Shown piece by piece: positions 18,875 to 28,452 of a stretch of DNA of 64,000 nt (the first letter of the stretch is position 1; each line of letters starts with the position of its first letter). Origin of the DNA: an uncultured Nitrospiraceae bacterium (lineage in GTDB: Bacteria > Nitrospirota > Nitrospiria > Nitrospirales > Nitrospiraceae). Location: contig CAVSTP010000004.1 of the NCBI GenBank assembly GCA_963730935.1, positions 832,001 through 896,000 on the forward strand, written 5' to 3'. A program made the translations under genes and the position numbers. The notes under the pieces are model-generated. The model ran no database searches, was not told where the DNA came from, and saw only the letters and a program-made list of their open reading frames with translations.

Positions 18875-18903
18875 CAACCATCTCGCGGCGCGTGGCGGGC
18901 CGG
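18874..18903 (+). repeat. Array repeat copy
   Basis: ACAACCATCTCGCGGCGCGTGGCGGGCCGG. Confidence 0.9.
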
Positions 18904-19023
18904 TGTCATAGCGCGCCTCTCACTTGATAACCCATCAGCCAGCCTAATAACGCGTGGTTGACCGCCACTTTCAGCTCGGTGCGCTGCGCATTCGGCACGC
19001 ATCAACAGGTATCGCTGCGCAGG

Positions 19024-19401
19024 CTACCCAGCCTTACGTTGCACCCGAGCCGCATTGTATATACCGGTCAGATACTTCATGAGTTTCCGGGACGTATGTC
19101 TATCCAGCTTGAGAAACTCAACACCCAATTGATGGCGTCGTACTACCCACCGAATGGCGACGGCGGGTATCTCCAACAGCTCAGCCTGATTGGGGATCGT
19201 CAAAAATAATGTCAGGTGGTCATCCGTCTTCACGAGAGCAACGGTCTCAATTAGTGCACCGCGCATCGACAAATTCCTGACGACTCCCATGCCTTCGATT
19301 TCTATTCCTTCAGGAGTCAGCCCTAAGAACTGCACATCCATCTGAACCTCGAAGCGGGCTGAGCCTATCCTTGTTCTCTTGGACTTCACTGGTTGCTTCA
19401 T
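19024..19401 (-). CDS. PilZ domain protein
   Basis: NLSMRGA, IRWV..HQLGVEF. Confidence 0.75.
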   Translation of the reverse strand: MKQPVKSKRTRIGSARFEVQMDVQFLGLTPEGIEIEGMGVVRNLSMRGALIETVALVKTDDHLTLFLTIPNQAELLEIPAVAIRWVVRRHQLGVEFLKLDRHTSRKLMKYLTGIYNAARVQRKAG

Positions 19402-19580
19402 CACATCTCCTCTGATACCCACAGCTTTCTCCGCGGGATGGGGCATCGGTCAGGCGTCACCACTAATAAGCGTACCACCGTGCGGCCAGAAGGATAGATA
19501 AAACAGCTAATCTTTACAGCGATGCCAAAGGAATAGGTTAGTTTCAAGGCTCGCCTCAAGCGGAGCAAGGTATGCGCGAG

Positions 19581-19717
19581 CCATTTCGGAGCGCGTGACG
19601 GGCTCCCTTTTACCTCTCCACTTCATTCCCTCTCACCTGCATAGATCAAACCTATCAGAAGAAGTAGAATACACACGCTTTCTGCCTCTCAACGGATTAT
19701 TCAAGGAGGGCGCCATG
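19581..19717 (+). repeat. Repeat core plus promoter/RBS leader, duplicate of 5904-6029
   Basis: CCATTTCGGAGCGCGTGACGGGC...TAGATC-N17-TAGAAT...GGAGGGCGCCATG. Confidence 0.85.
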
Positions 19718-20008
19718 GCTACATATCTGATGCTCCTCAATTGGACGGATCAGGGGATGAGAAATATTAAGGAGTCGCCGAAGAGGATGGATGCAGCGAA
19801 GAAGCTGGCCAAAGACTTCGGAGGGGAGATCAAGACTGTCTTTATGACGCAAGGGAGTTTCGATCTTGTCTTCGTCGCTGAGATGCCCAATGATGAGAAA
19901 GTGGCCGCCTTCGTGTTGAAGCTTGGCTCATTGGGAAATGTCCGGACCACGACGCTCAAAGCCTATTCGGAAGACGACTATCGGAACATTATTGGCGGTC
20001 TGAACTGA
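19715..20008 (+). CDS. GYD domain protein
   Basis: YLMLLNWTDQG, TQGSFDLV, GNVRTTTLKA. Confidence 0.85.
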   Translation: MATYLMLLNWTDQGMRNIKESPKRMDAAKKLAKDFGGEIKTVFMTQGSFDLVFVAEMPNDEKVAAFVLKLGSLGNVRTTTLKAYSEDDYRNIIGGLN

Positions 20009-20031
20009 ACGTCGGTGAGCAGGAACAGCTT

Positions 20032-20064
20032 TCAGGAACCATTTCGAGGCGCGTGGCGGCCCGG
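20032..20064 (+). repeat. Array repeat copy
   Basis: TCAGGAACCATTTCGAGGCGCGTGGCGGCCCGG. Confidence 0.85.
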
Positions 20065-20380
20065 CTCGTTTTCTCGAGATCTAGCTCCCATACCATTCCT
20101 GATCGATAGAAACCTACCGGACCTTCAGTACATTGTCCGCCGTCATGTCAGACAATATTCTCTCTAAGAGCAGCAAATCACTGAATTTGTCTCAGCCAAA
20201 CCATGTGCGGACGCTTATTCTTGTTGGATGGATCCTCCTCATAATCGTCTTTGCAGCTTTCCTTGGTGGATAGAATCTCCTCAATGGAGGCGTGTGAGAT
20301 GGATCCCACTCCTTGATGTGCTCCTATTCACCATATCGGCCTTCGATCGCGGTCAAGTCTTTGGCTAGGCTGAGAGCACG

Positions 20381-20400
20381 AAAAGGGGACAGGCTACTTT
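20381..20400 (+). repeat. Stand-alone upstream motif matching the one before the Y1 transposase remnant
   Basis: AAAAGGGGACAGGCTACTTT. Confidence 0.75.
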
Positions 20401-20407
20401 GCTGAGC

Positions 20408-20851
20408 CTAGCGATCAAGTCCGCTCTTTCGAATGTCGTCTGCATCCGGCTTGTTGGGAGGAGTGAGTTCAAGCCAGTTGAAAGCCTCTTCTGGAGTCTC
20501 AAAGGTCTTGATAGTCATCCCAAGATTCACTGCTACGGTTTCCCCGTACCTTCGCGGGTCACGAAGAGGTTCATTGATAAGATATGCAAACCGTGGAGCA
20601 CGGTACATTGGGTATCTCGCCATAAGCTTCATAGTTTCTGTGGCCGCGAAATAGCCATAGTAGAATCGCTCGATATGTTCGGGTTGTCCCTTCAGGTTCC
20701 GACCATCGAAGAGTACTTTCTCGGCCTGGTATTGGGCAACCGCAGCAAGCATTTCTAGGAAGGCCCGTTTTGCCTCTTCCAGCGAGAACTCCCCCCTTGC
20801 ATCGATAGTGAGAAGACCTGATTCAAAATGGATCTCCTGCTGCAAACCCAT
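20408..20851 (-). CDS. Hypothetical protein (STAS/SpoIIAA-like)
   Basis: KVLFDGR, GETVAVNLG..IKTF...EEAFNWL. Confidence 0.6.
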   Translation of the reverse strand: MGLQQEIHFESGLLTIDARGEFSLEEAKRAFLEMLAAVAQYQAEKVLFDGRNLKGQPEHIERFYYGYFAATETMKLMARYPMYRAPRFAYLINEPLRDPRRYGETVAVNLGMTIKTFETPEEAFNWLELTPPNKPDADDIRKSGLDR

Positions 20852-21051
20852 TTTTTCAATATCCTTGCTATCAATTGTTATGGGCTTTGATTTGAAAGTA
20901 AAGAACGGATACTCGCTTGATACCGCTTTTAAGGGTCTAATCTTAAAAAACTAGGGGAAACGTTAGAGGGGTTTGTACGAAAAAGAGAATGGGGACATTC
21001 TATATTTCGGTATGTCTTCCTTGCCCCTTCCCCTTCGCGTACGATCTCCTT

Positions 21052-21939
21052 ATGGCAGATCAGAACTCACAGCTGACACCCGGCACGTTGCAAGCCTCCC
21101 TATTGGAACGTACGGCCAGCGCGCGCCGGTGCGGAGCGCTAGCATTCCTGCCGACCACTACAGAAGTGATCGAGCAGGACGGCATCCCCTTCCAGGTGCG
21201 TGTTCTAGAATCTTCGGCCGTAGAAGAGATCGACAAAGCCGCTCGATCGAATGTCAATCCGTTTCCGCACGATCCCGATCTCTTCGTCACACCAATTTCG
21301 GCAACCCACATCGCCTTGATCAACAAATTCAGTGCGGTGGAACACCATCTGTTGATCGCTACGAGATCGTTCGAGGATCAGCGATGCCAACTCACACAAA
21401 AAGACTGCGAGGCCCTCCTCATAGGCCTCACGGAGATCGACGCGCTCGGCTTCTACAACGCGGGACACGAGGCCGGAGCCAGCCAAACGCACAAACATCT
21501 GCAATTGATGCCGCTCGACGCGGCAATCGCTCCACTGCCCATCGAGCCACTCCTGCGCTTCGCTCAGACGGACCGCATGATCGTACCTCGCCTGCCGTTC
21601 CACCACGCCTATGCCGCAATGGATCACGACTGGACCAATCCGGGAAAGGACAGTGGGGCTTCCTTGCATGCTTGCTACCGCAAGGTCCTGCACGCGGCCG
21701 GTCTATCTGTTGACGCCACCTCGGGCAGTCATGGACTGACCGCTCCGTACAACCTTCTCATGACTCGAAGATGGATGTTGGCCGTGCCACGGTTGCACGA
21801 ATGCTTCCAGGGCATCTCGGTCGATGCCTTGGGGTTTGCAGGAATGTTCCTCGTGAAGGATAGACAGCAACTCGCCACGCTGCGGAGATTCGGTCCGATG
21901 GCCGCCCTTCAGCATGTAACAGGTAAAGATAGGCAGTGA
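21052..21939 (+). CDS. ATP adenylyltransferase / Ap4A phosphorylase
   Basis: NPF, LINKF, FYNAG..AGASQTHKHLQ. Confidence 0.85.
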   Translation: MADQNSQLTPGTLQASLLERTASARRCGALAFLPTTTEVIEQDGIPFQVRVLESSAVEEIDKAARSNVNPFPHDPDLFVTPISATHIALINKFSAVEHHLLIATRSFEDQRCQLTQKDCEALLIGLTEIDALGFYNAGHEAGASQTHKHLQLMPLDAAIAPLPIEPLLRFAQTDRMIVPRLPFHHAYAAMDHDWTNPGKDSGASLHACYRKVLHAAGLSVDATSGSHGLTAPYNLLMTRRWMLAVPRLHECFQGISVDALGFAGMFLVKDRQQLATLRRFGPMAALQHVTGKDRQ

Positions 21940-21963
21940 GAATGAGACGCCAGCAGGAAAAAG

Positions 21964-22004
21964 AAACGGAGACATTCTGCATTTCGTGGCGCGTGGCGGC
22001 CCGG
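21964..22004 (+). repeat. Array repeat copy with GGAGACATTCTG upstream motif
   Basis: AAACGGAGACATTCTGCATTTCGTGGCGCGTGGCGGCCCGG; TAGACC-N17-TAAAAT at 22036-22064. Confidence 0.85.
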
Positions 22005-22096
22005 CATCTTACCCCCTGCCACTCTCCCCTCGGCATAGACCCGACCCCCCAACAAACGTAAAATGTTCCCCTATTCCAGTCCCCGACAGGACCAGC

Positions 22097-23485
22097 ATGA
22101 TGATCAGAGCGTGTGTGTATCTTTCTGCAATAGTGTGCCTCTGCCTCGCGTTGAGCAGTTGCGAATACGTCCGACCCACTCTCAATGTTCCATTGAAACG
22201 CTGGGAACCAGCCGGAGGGTATCGCCTCGTCAATCTCGCGCCATCCGACGGTGACAATTCTGACAGTCTTTTTCTGGTCGCCGCATTTTCCGGCGGAGGA
22301 GTTCGTGCCTCGACGCTTGCCTATGGCGTATTACGAGAATTGGCGCGCCATGAGATCAGCTGGCAAGGGAAACAGAAGCGGCTAGTGGATGAACTCGATG
22401 TCATCTTTGCTTTATCGGGTGGCTCGTTTCCTGCTGCGTATTATGCCCTGTATGGCGACCGCCTGTTTCAGGACTTCGAAGATCGCTTTTTACGAAAAGA
22501 TTGGGACAGCGAACTTCGCGCCCGTATCTTCTGGTCTCCCAGCAATTGGTTTCGGCTCTGGTCGCCCTACTTTGGGCGTGCCCATATTTTGGCTGAACTG
22601 TTGGATGAGGCCCTGTTCGACAAGAAGACGTATAGCGACCTGACGGCCCGCCGCCAACGCCCGCTCCTTGCGCTTCATGCAACCGATATGACCACCTTAT
22701 CCCGCTTCGAATTTACGCAAGGCACATTCGATCTGCTCTGCTCAGACCTTGGCCAATTGCCCATCGCATGGGCCTCTGCGTCCTCTGCTGCGGTACCACT
22801 GGTTCTCAGTCCGATTACGCTCAAGAACTATGCGGGACAGTGTGACCACCAGCATGTCGAATTGCTCGAACGCGCCAAGAGGGAGGGTGGAATCGGAGCT
22901 CAGGTCGCCAACGAAGCGCTGTCCTATTTGGATGTGGAGAAACGGCCGTACGTCCATCTCGTCGATGGCGGGCTGGCAGATAATATGGCGCTCCGTGGGA
23001 TTATCGAAGCGGTTGGCCTCGTTGGAGGGTACGAGCAGTTATTGAAATTGTCCGGGGTGAAGAACATCCGCAAATTAGTGGTCCTGGCGGTAAATGCCGA
23101 GACCACTCCCGACGTCCTTGAATATCGGAGCGACCAGGTTCCGATCATGTCCCAAGCCATGAAGTCGATGATCGACGCTCCGATTAATCGCTACTCATTT
23201 GATACCGTAATGCTGATGCGGCTTGCTCTCAAGGAGTGGCAGAAGGAGCTACGTGACAGGCCCAGGGATGCGGAGAGTCCGTTTGCACCGGATGCCAAAA
23301 TCTATTTCATTAATGCCAGCCTCGGTGAAGTCCTCGATCCGGACGAACGTCTCGCGCTCATGAAGATTCCGACATCGCTCTATCTGACGGATGACCAGAT
23401 CGACCGACTGGTCCGTAACGCGTCCGACCTCATTCTCCGCGATACGGAGTTTCAGCGGCTCATGGAGGATCTGCACAAACAATGA
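22097..23485 (+). CDS. Patatin-like phospholipase lipoprotein
   Basis: FSGGGVRA, ALSGGS, LVDGG. Confidence 0.85.
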   Translation: MMIRACVYLSAIVCLCLALSSCEYVRPTLNVPLKRWEPAGGYRLVNLAPSDGDNSDSLFLVAAFSGGGVRASTLAYGVLRELARHEISWQGKQKRLVDELDVIFALSGGSFPAAYYALYGDRLFQDFEDRFLRKDWDSELRARIFWSPSNWFRLWSPYFGRAHILAELLDEALFDKKTYSDLTARRQRPLLALHATDMTTLSRFEFTQGTFDLLCSDLGQLPIAWASASSAAVPLVLSPITLKNYAGQCDHQHVELLERAKREGGIGAQVANEALSYLDVEKRPYVHLVDGGLADNMALRGIIEAVGLVGGYEQLLKLSGVKNIRKLVVLAVNAETTPDVLEYRSDQVPIMSQAMKSMIDAPINRYSFDTVMLMRLALKEWQKELRDRPRDAESPFAPDAKIYFINASLGEVLDPDERLALMKIPTSLYLTDDQIDRLVRNASDLILRDTEFQRLMEDLHKQ

Positions 23486-23487
23486 CG

Positions 23488-23527
23488 CGGGGGCACTCAA
23501 TCGATTTCGCGGCGCGGGGCGGGTTGG
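23488..23527 (+). repeat. Array repeat copy
   Basis: CGGGGGCACTCAATCGATTTCGCGGCGCGGGGCGGGTTGG. Confidence 0.8.
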
Positions 23528-23637
23528 CGCACGCCTCGTCTTCCCTCCCCTCACCGCGAACCTTACCAGGGATGGATACAGCCGCTGTCACTGTCAATCG
23601 CGTACTTCGTAGGTATTCGCACCGGTCAGCAGCGTTG

Positions 23638-23979
23638 CTAATTATGGGTGTAGGTATGATGACAAGAGGGTCTTATCTTTGCCACCTGAATTAGCACTCT
23701 TCCATCTTGCAGCCCCCTCCTGTATCGCTCCCGAAGAGCGGGCGTACCTTCGTACTCAGGCGTGCAATCTCGTTCAAGAAGGGCGTCTATAAGACCCTTT
23801 TGCTCCGAATACCACGCTTCGACTTCAAGAGTTGTGCGCGCGTCCATTGCCTGTCGGTGACACCATCCAATGCGAGCGATGAGGCAGGCGTTGACCTCCG
23901 CCATAGGCGTGGAGCCGATGCTCGGACAAGATGGACAGCTGGTAGCCGCATCTTCCTGATCTAGCAAATTTGGCAGCAT
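23638..23979 (-). CDS. Hypothetical protein (paralog of 12878-13234)
   Basis: Shared motif; GGAGG RBS before ATG 23979. Confidence 0.6.
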   Translation of the reverse strand: MLPNLLDQEDAATSCPSCPSIGSTPMAEVNACLIARIGWCHRQAMDARTTLEVEAWYSEQKGLIDALLERDCTPEYEGTPALRERYRRGLQDGRVLIQVAKIRPSCHHTYTHN

Positions 23980-24271
23980 GGGATCCTCCATAGATACACA
24001 AGGCTGATGTACAGCGGTGATGTCTGTGTGATGCATTTGAATAGCAAGTGTTAAACCAATCTGCTCTGTCCAAGAGACGACCGCAATTTTGCGCGTTTTC
24101 AGCATCACCCATCGAGGAAGCATCAATCGGCGCACATTTGAGTTGTATTCATGAGAAGCGCAGCGAAGGCGTCCGGCACTAGGGGGGACCCTAGTTGAGC
24201 TGGTTATCCCCCGGTTCGAAGATTTTCCTTACCGGTATTCCCTAGGAGATCTGGCCGCTTGTGTGCGCGTA

Positions 24272-25141
24272 TCAGAACGGAAAGCCAAATTGCGCCCTCA
24301 CTCCTGTCAGGCCGTCCCCGAAGCGGTAGCTGACGCCGATCCGCGGGTTGTCGAAGATCCACAGCTTGGTTGGCTTGGCGGAGCCGATGTTGATCCCGAA
24401 CTCGAACTGATTGGAGACCTCGAGCGGACTCTCACCGGGCAGCGAGAACTTGGCCGACGGGAAGAAGTAATAGTAAATAAAGGAGACGCCGACGTCGGGC
24501 TCAAAGCCCTTCACCTCCAAACCGAGCGGGTGCCGGACTTCCAGGCCGTTCTGGAGCGTCCCATAGTTCGTGCTCTTGGACTGCTGTCCGGCATCCCCCG
24601 CCGCCGCCAGCTTGGAGCCGACACTCAGCAAGAAGTCCTGCAGCCGGAATTCGAACAGATTACTGATCCCAGCCGCGTAGAGGAAGACCCAACCTTCTTC
24701 TACGTGAACTTCCCCTGCCGAGCCTTCGATGGCCGCAGACCCGTTGAAAGTCCTACCGAGACCCGCTGCTACATAGGGTTTGACCGTCCACCAGCGCCGT
24801 ATGGGAATCTGGAGCTCTGCCTGGGGCAGCACAAACACAAAGTCCTCCGACGCGGTGACCTTGGGCCCGAACACACTGGTCTCGAAGGAGAAGTGCCCGT
24901 AGCCCAGGTAGCCGGTGAGCACCAGTCGCCACGCATCCTCCTCTGGCCCTAGCGCAAAGGTATGCTGCACCGGGACACGGAAGACATCGACCGAAAGCCC
25001 CCCGACATCGTAGGACCCGAACCCGAACTGCACTGCGTAGGGGAGGTTGACCTGGACATCGAGCTGGGCCGCCGCGTCCTGGGCGGGTCCAGCGACGGCG
25101 CCCAGCAGGAGGAAACCAAAGCCAAGCCATCCACCGCGCAC
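24272..25141 (-). CDS. Probable outer-membrane beta-barrel protein (GC-rich)
   Basis: Signal peptide; alternating beta-strand pattern; C-terminal FGFPF; GTG start at 25141 assumed. Confidence 0.65.
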   Translation of the reverse strand: MRGGWLGFGFLLLGAVAGPAQDAAAQLDVQVNLPYAVQFGFGSYDVGGLSVDVFRVPVQHTFALGPEEDAWRLVLTGYLGYGHFSFETSVFGPKVTASEDFVFVLPQAELQIPIRRWWTVKPYVAAGLGRTFNGSAAIEGSAGEVHVEEGWVFLYAAGISNLFEFRLQDFLLSVGSKLAAAGDAGQQSKSTNYGTLQNGLEVRHPLGLEVKGFEPDVGVSFIYYYFFPSAKFSLPGESPLEVSNQFEFGINIGSAKPTKLWIFDNPRIGVSYRFGDGLTGVRAQFGFPF

Positions 25142-25166
25142 CAGCCACCAATCCCGCGCGGGAAGT

Positions 25167-25202
25167 AAAAGTGCCAGAAACCATTTCGCGGCGCGTGGCG
25201 GG
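25167..25202 (+). repeat. Array repeat copy
   Basis: AAAAGTGCCAGAAACCATTTCGCGGCGCGTGGCGGG. Confidence 0.9.
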
Positions 25203-25263
25203 ATGTGATCCTTCCTTTGTACATCGTTCATCACGATCAGCCATACACGTCGGGAAGCCGAAA

Positions 25264-25557
25264 CTAGGTTGGCACGCGGGTATGCGGAGAGCGGGGATCC
25301 TCCTTCATCACCAACTGCACTCTACATCCGGACTCCGAATTGGCACGGAGCTCGCCCAGCGCGCGGAACAGGTGTTCAAGTGCCGTTGTTCGAGGGCTCC
25401 TGGCAGCAAACCACTCTCCGCGGCAGTAAAAGCACCGCTCGGGTGGATCGCCTTGCAGACGCGCTACAGGAAATTCCGCGGACGCATGGCACTCCGGACA
25501 AGTGATCTTGATCGCTGTAAGATCGGACAAACTGATATTCAGCATCGTGTCGCTCAT
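25264..25557 (-). CDS. Small Zn-ribbon-like protein
   Basis: CPEC and CFYC pairs. Confidence 0.6.
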   Translation of the reverse strand: MSDTMLNISLSDLTAIKITCPECHASAEFPVARLQGDPPERCFYCRGEWFAARSPRTTALEHLFRALGELRANSESGCRVQLVMKEDPRSPHTRVPT

Positions 25558-25712
25558 TCAGATCCTTTCATTAGACCTCGTGGAAAGAGGACCGCCGTCG
25601 TCCGTATTGCGCACAAAACATGTCGGCGACTAATCATGACGTAAGTACTATTCAAAAAGCGAATGCCGCCATAATCTTACTCATGAAATGCCGCACTCTT
25701 ATCTTAGAAAAG

Positions 25713-25754
25713 AAAACGGGGACATTCTGCATTGCGCGGCGCGTGGCTGGCTGG
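25713..25754 (+). repeat. Array repeat copy
   Basis: AAAACGGGGACATTCTGCATTGCGCGGCGCGTGGCTGGCTGG. Confidence 0.85.
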
Positions 25755-25816
25755 TTCCAAAACGGCTTGTAGGATATCCTGGTTTGAGATAGCCTCCGAC
25801 TCTGAGTACACGGCAC

Positions 25817-26212
25817 ATGAAAGAGAAGAAACACATTCCCACGAGCGATGAGCCGTTCGCATGGAAGAGTCCGTTCGCTCCGCTGAAAGATGTCACACTG
25901 CCATCGACACCAGCTCAGTCACATGCTGTCGATTTAGCTGATAGGACACCACCCAAACCAAACAGCAATCGTGGGCGGGTGGATATCATTCGTTCAACCG
26001 CGCACCGGGGTGGGAAGACAGTGACAGTTGTCACAGGATTTGTCGGCATCGGTCAGCCAGAGAAAGAGCGGCTGGCGAAAGAAATGCAAAAGGCTTGTGG
26101 TGCGGGAGGCACCGTGAAGGAAGGACGAATCGAGATTCAAGGTGATCACCGTGATACTGTCGCACGTATCTTGACCAACGCAGGCTTCCGTCCCGTCTTC
26201 GCCGGTGGCTGA
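25817..26212 (+). CDS. yciH: Translation initiation factor SUI1/YciH family
   Basis: RGGKTVTVV, KACGAGGTVK, IEIQGD. Confidence 0.85.
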   Translation: MKEKKHIPTSDEPFAWKSPFAPLKDVTLPSTPAQSHAVDLADRTPPKPNSNRGRVDIIRSTAHRGGKTVTVVTGFVGIGQPEKERLAKEMQKACGAGGTVKEGRIEIQGDHRDTVARILTNAGFRPVFAGG

Positions 26213-26249
26213 TCCACTCTCCCCTACCCCTCTCCAGCTGTTCCCATAC

Positions 26250-26278
26250 GAACCGTTTCGTGGCGCGTAGCGTGCCCG
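26250..26278 (+). repeat. Array repeat copy
   Basis: GAACCGTTTCGTGGCGCGTAGCGTGCCCG. Confidence 0.7.
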
Positions 26279-26361
26279 CAACTTCTCGATGATGTAGATG
26301 GCGCTGCCATCCCTACTGCACCGCCAGATATGATATCCATGAGGTGAAGAAGGATTTTCTC

Positions 26362-26691
26362 ATGGCGTCGCGCTTTGAAATCGCAAATGCTCTGCTCAGC
26401 GTGACCCTCCTAGCGCTGATCTCGTTGCCAAGGTGTTTGACGTTGGAACAGCGGTGGGAGCGGTTCGATATGGAGCGACGACAGGAGATTGGCGTGAAGA
26501 CGAAAGACTACTATCTCAGCGAATGGGGAAAACCGGCGAAACGCGTGAAATCAGATGATGGTTGAGAGGTGTGGACGTGGGAATTCTCCGGGTATGGAGG
26601 AGCGCAGGGTTGGAAAAAGACGCTGAGCTTCACGCAAGATGGAGTCCTAAAGGACTTTCGTCGAGACTACTGGCCTAAGGAATCATGGTGA
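26362..26691 (+). pseudogene. Lipoprotein-like gene with in-frame TGA at 26563
   Basis: Frame continues after TGA as EVWTWEFSGYGGAQGWKKTLSFTQDGVLKDFRRDYWPKESW. Confidence 0.6.
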
Positions 26692-26744
26692 TCCGCGACG
26701 GTTCGCCATCTGTCTCCTTTTGAGCAGAAAAGAAAGCAGCGAAA

Positions 26745-27209
26745 TTGGAAAATACACACTTTCCCACCTCCCGCCTCGTTGCGCTGGAGCGACACATGAT
26801 GATTCCTCCGATGCAGCTACTTATCAAGTCACTGGTTCTTGCGGCTTGGCGGAAACTCCGACCTGTGAAGCTCTCATGCAAGGAGACACTCCAGCATACA
26901 CAGAAGGAGCAGCGCCAGTTTCATCGCTGTCCCGTCGAATATCCTGTGAGGGTGTCCACTGACCACGGTCCCTCTGGTTTTGCAATGATCGCAGATTTAT
27001 CGGTGAAAGGGTGCAGAGTCAAGAGCAAGAAGATCGTCACACCAGGTGAACTCGGCAAGCTCCTTATCTATGTGCCTTTCGGGATTACTCCATTGACAAT
27101 ATCGCTCACGTCGGTTCGATGGGTGAGCGGGCATGAGTGCGGCCTCGAGTTCATTCTCATGGACCTTGATGAACAGGGTTGCCTTAATCGCTGTCTTATT
27201 CACGCCTAG
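26745..27209 (+). CDS. PilZ domain protein (start uncertain)
   Basis: QRQFHR, DLSVKGC, VRWV...CGLEF. Confidence 0.7.
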   Translation: MENTHFPTSRLVALERHMMIPPMQLLIKSLVLAAWRKLRPVKLSCKETLQHTQKEQRQFHRCPVEYPVRVSTDHGPSGFAMIADLSVKGCRVKSKKIVTPGELGKLLIYVPFGITPLTISLTSVRWVSGHECGLEFILMDLDEQGCLNRCLIHA

Positions 27210-27388
27210 AGTCAAACGACACCCAGAGTGTTCACTAGCCTCTACCGCCTACACTTTGGATGTGAAATACCACACCAATAGTGCGATGTTCTAATCACAC
27301 CTGAATCCTTTTTCTATTAAGACCACCTACATAGTACCTGGCATTCAAGCTGCACTGAGCAGGGGGATAGGTAGCCTCAAGTCGGGAG

Positions 27389-27745
27389 GTGACTATGACG
27401 GTTGTTAAATCTACCGGTGCCGTAATGACAGTGATCAGTCTGAGTCTTGTGACTACACTGTTCGCTGCAGAGACCCAATCTCAATTAGGAGCGACGGCTT
27501 CGAAAACTGTCATGGGAGAAGTCTCTGCGGTGGAGGGAGAATTCCATATGGCGAAGAATGCACGAGGTGAAGACATTCTCAAAATGGTCGACAAATCCTA
27601 TGTCATCACCACTCCAACGGGCCGAAAGATCGAGTTGAAGCTCTCTCGTGACACAAAGGTCCCAACGAGAGCCAATCCTGGGGACCGAATTGAGGCTAAG
27701 ATTTCTGACCGAGGCCAAACCCTGTCGGTCATGCTGGTCGAGTAA
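27389..27745 (+). CDS. Exported hypothetical protein
   Basis: Signal peptide; GGAGG RBS. Confidence 0.65.
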   Translation: MTMTVVKSTGAVMTVISLSLVTTLFAAETQSQLGATASKTVMGEVSAVEGEFHMAKNARGEDILKMVDKSYVITTPTGRKIELKLSRDTKVPTRANPGDRIEAKISDRGQTLSVMLVE

Positions 27746-27777
27746 AGTGGTCTGGCTGGTGCAATACGAGGCCTCAG

Positions 27778-28191
27778 ATGCAGACCTTCGCACCCATCCT
27801 CTTCATCGATAACCATGACGACGAGCGCCAGTATTGGGCACAGCGGTTGAGAATTTCCTTGCCCGATTATGTGGTCCTCGAAGCTTCCACTGGAAAGGCA
27901 GGGCTCGTGATTTGCCGGTCGCAGCGGGTTGAGTGCGTTATCTCGGAATTGACGCTCCCTGACATCTCAGGTTTTGAAGTACTCTTGCAGTTGGTATCCA
28001 CACCCCGCCATCCAGAGATAGCGTTTATCTTCCTTACCCGACTCACTCTTTCATCCATGAGGCACCTTGCATTAAACAATGGCGCACAAGCGTACTTGGT
28101 TAAATCTCATAGCTCTTGTGATGACCTAGACCGTACAATTCACAAGGCGCTTGCGAGTGTTGCCCCGACTCGAAAGGAGCTTCGCTCCTAA
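27778..28191 (+). CDS. Atypical single-domain response regulator
   Basis: Receiver fold with E at the phosphoacceptor position (ISELTLPD). Confidence 0.7.
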   Translation: MQTFAPILFIDNHDDERQYWAQRLRISLPDYVVLEASTGKAGLVICRSQRVECVISELTLPDISGFEVLLQLVSTPRHPEIAFIFLTRLTLSSMRHLALNNGAQAYLVKSHSSCDDLDRTIHKALASVAPTRKELRS

Positions 28192-28336
28192 ACCCGAAGC
28201 CATCCTGGTTTGTGGTTTCTTGCGGCGTTAGGTTGTCTTGGAAAGGGATGCCTCACCTGGCCAGCCAGATTGTATCGAACCGCCCTGAGTAGCTCATTCA
28301 TAGGGGTCCGGAGTCTTTTCTTGACGAGAAAAAACC

Positions 28337-28370
28337 ACGGGGACATTCTGAATTTCGGGCCCGTGGCGGG
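28337..28370 (+). repeat. Array repeat copy
   Basis: ACGGGGACATTCTGAATTTCGGGCCCGTGGCGGG. Confidence 0.75.
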
Positions 28371-28452
28371 AACCTAAGTCGGCTGGTCGCGTGTCGAATC
28401 GTATCTCAGACTTGCATTTTAGACAACCGATATGACTAGGATCACAATAGCG

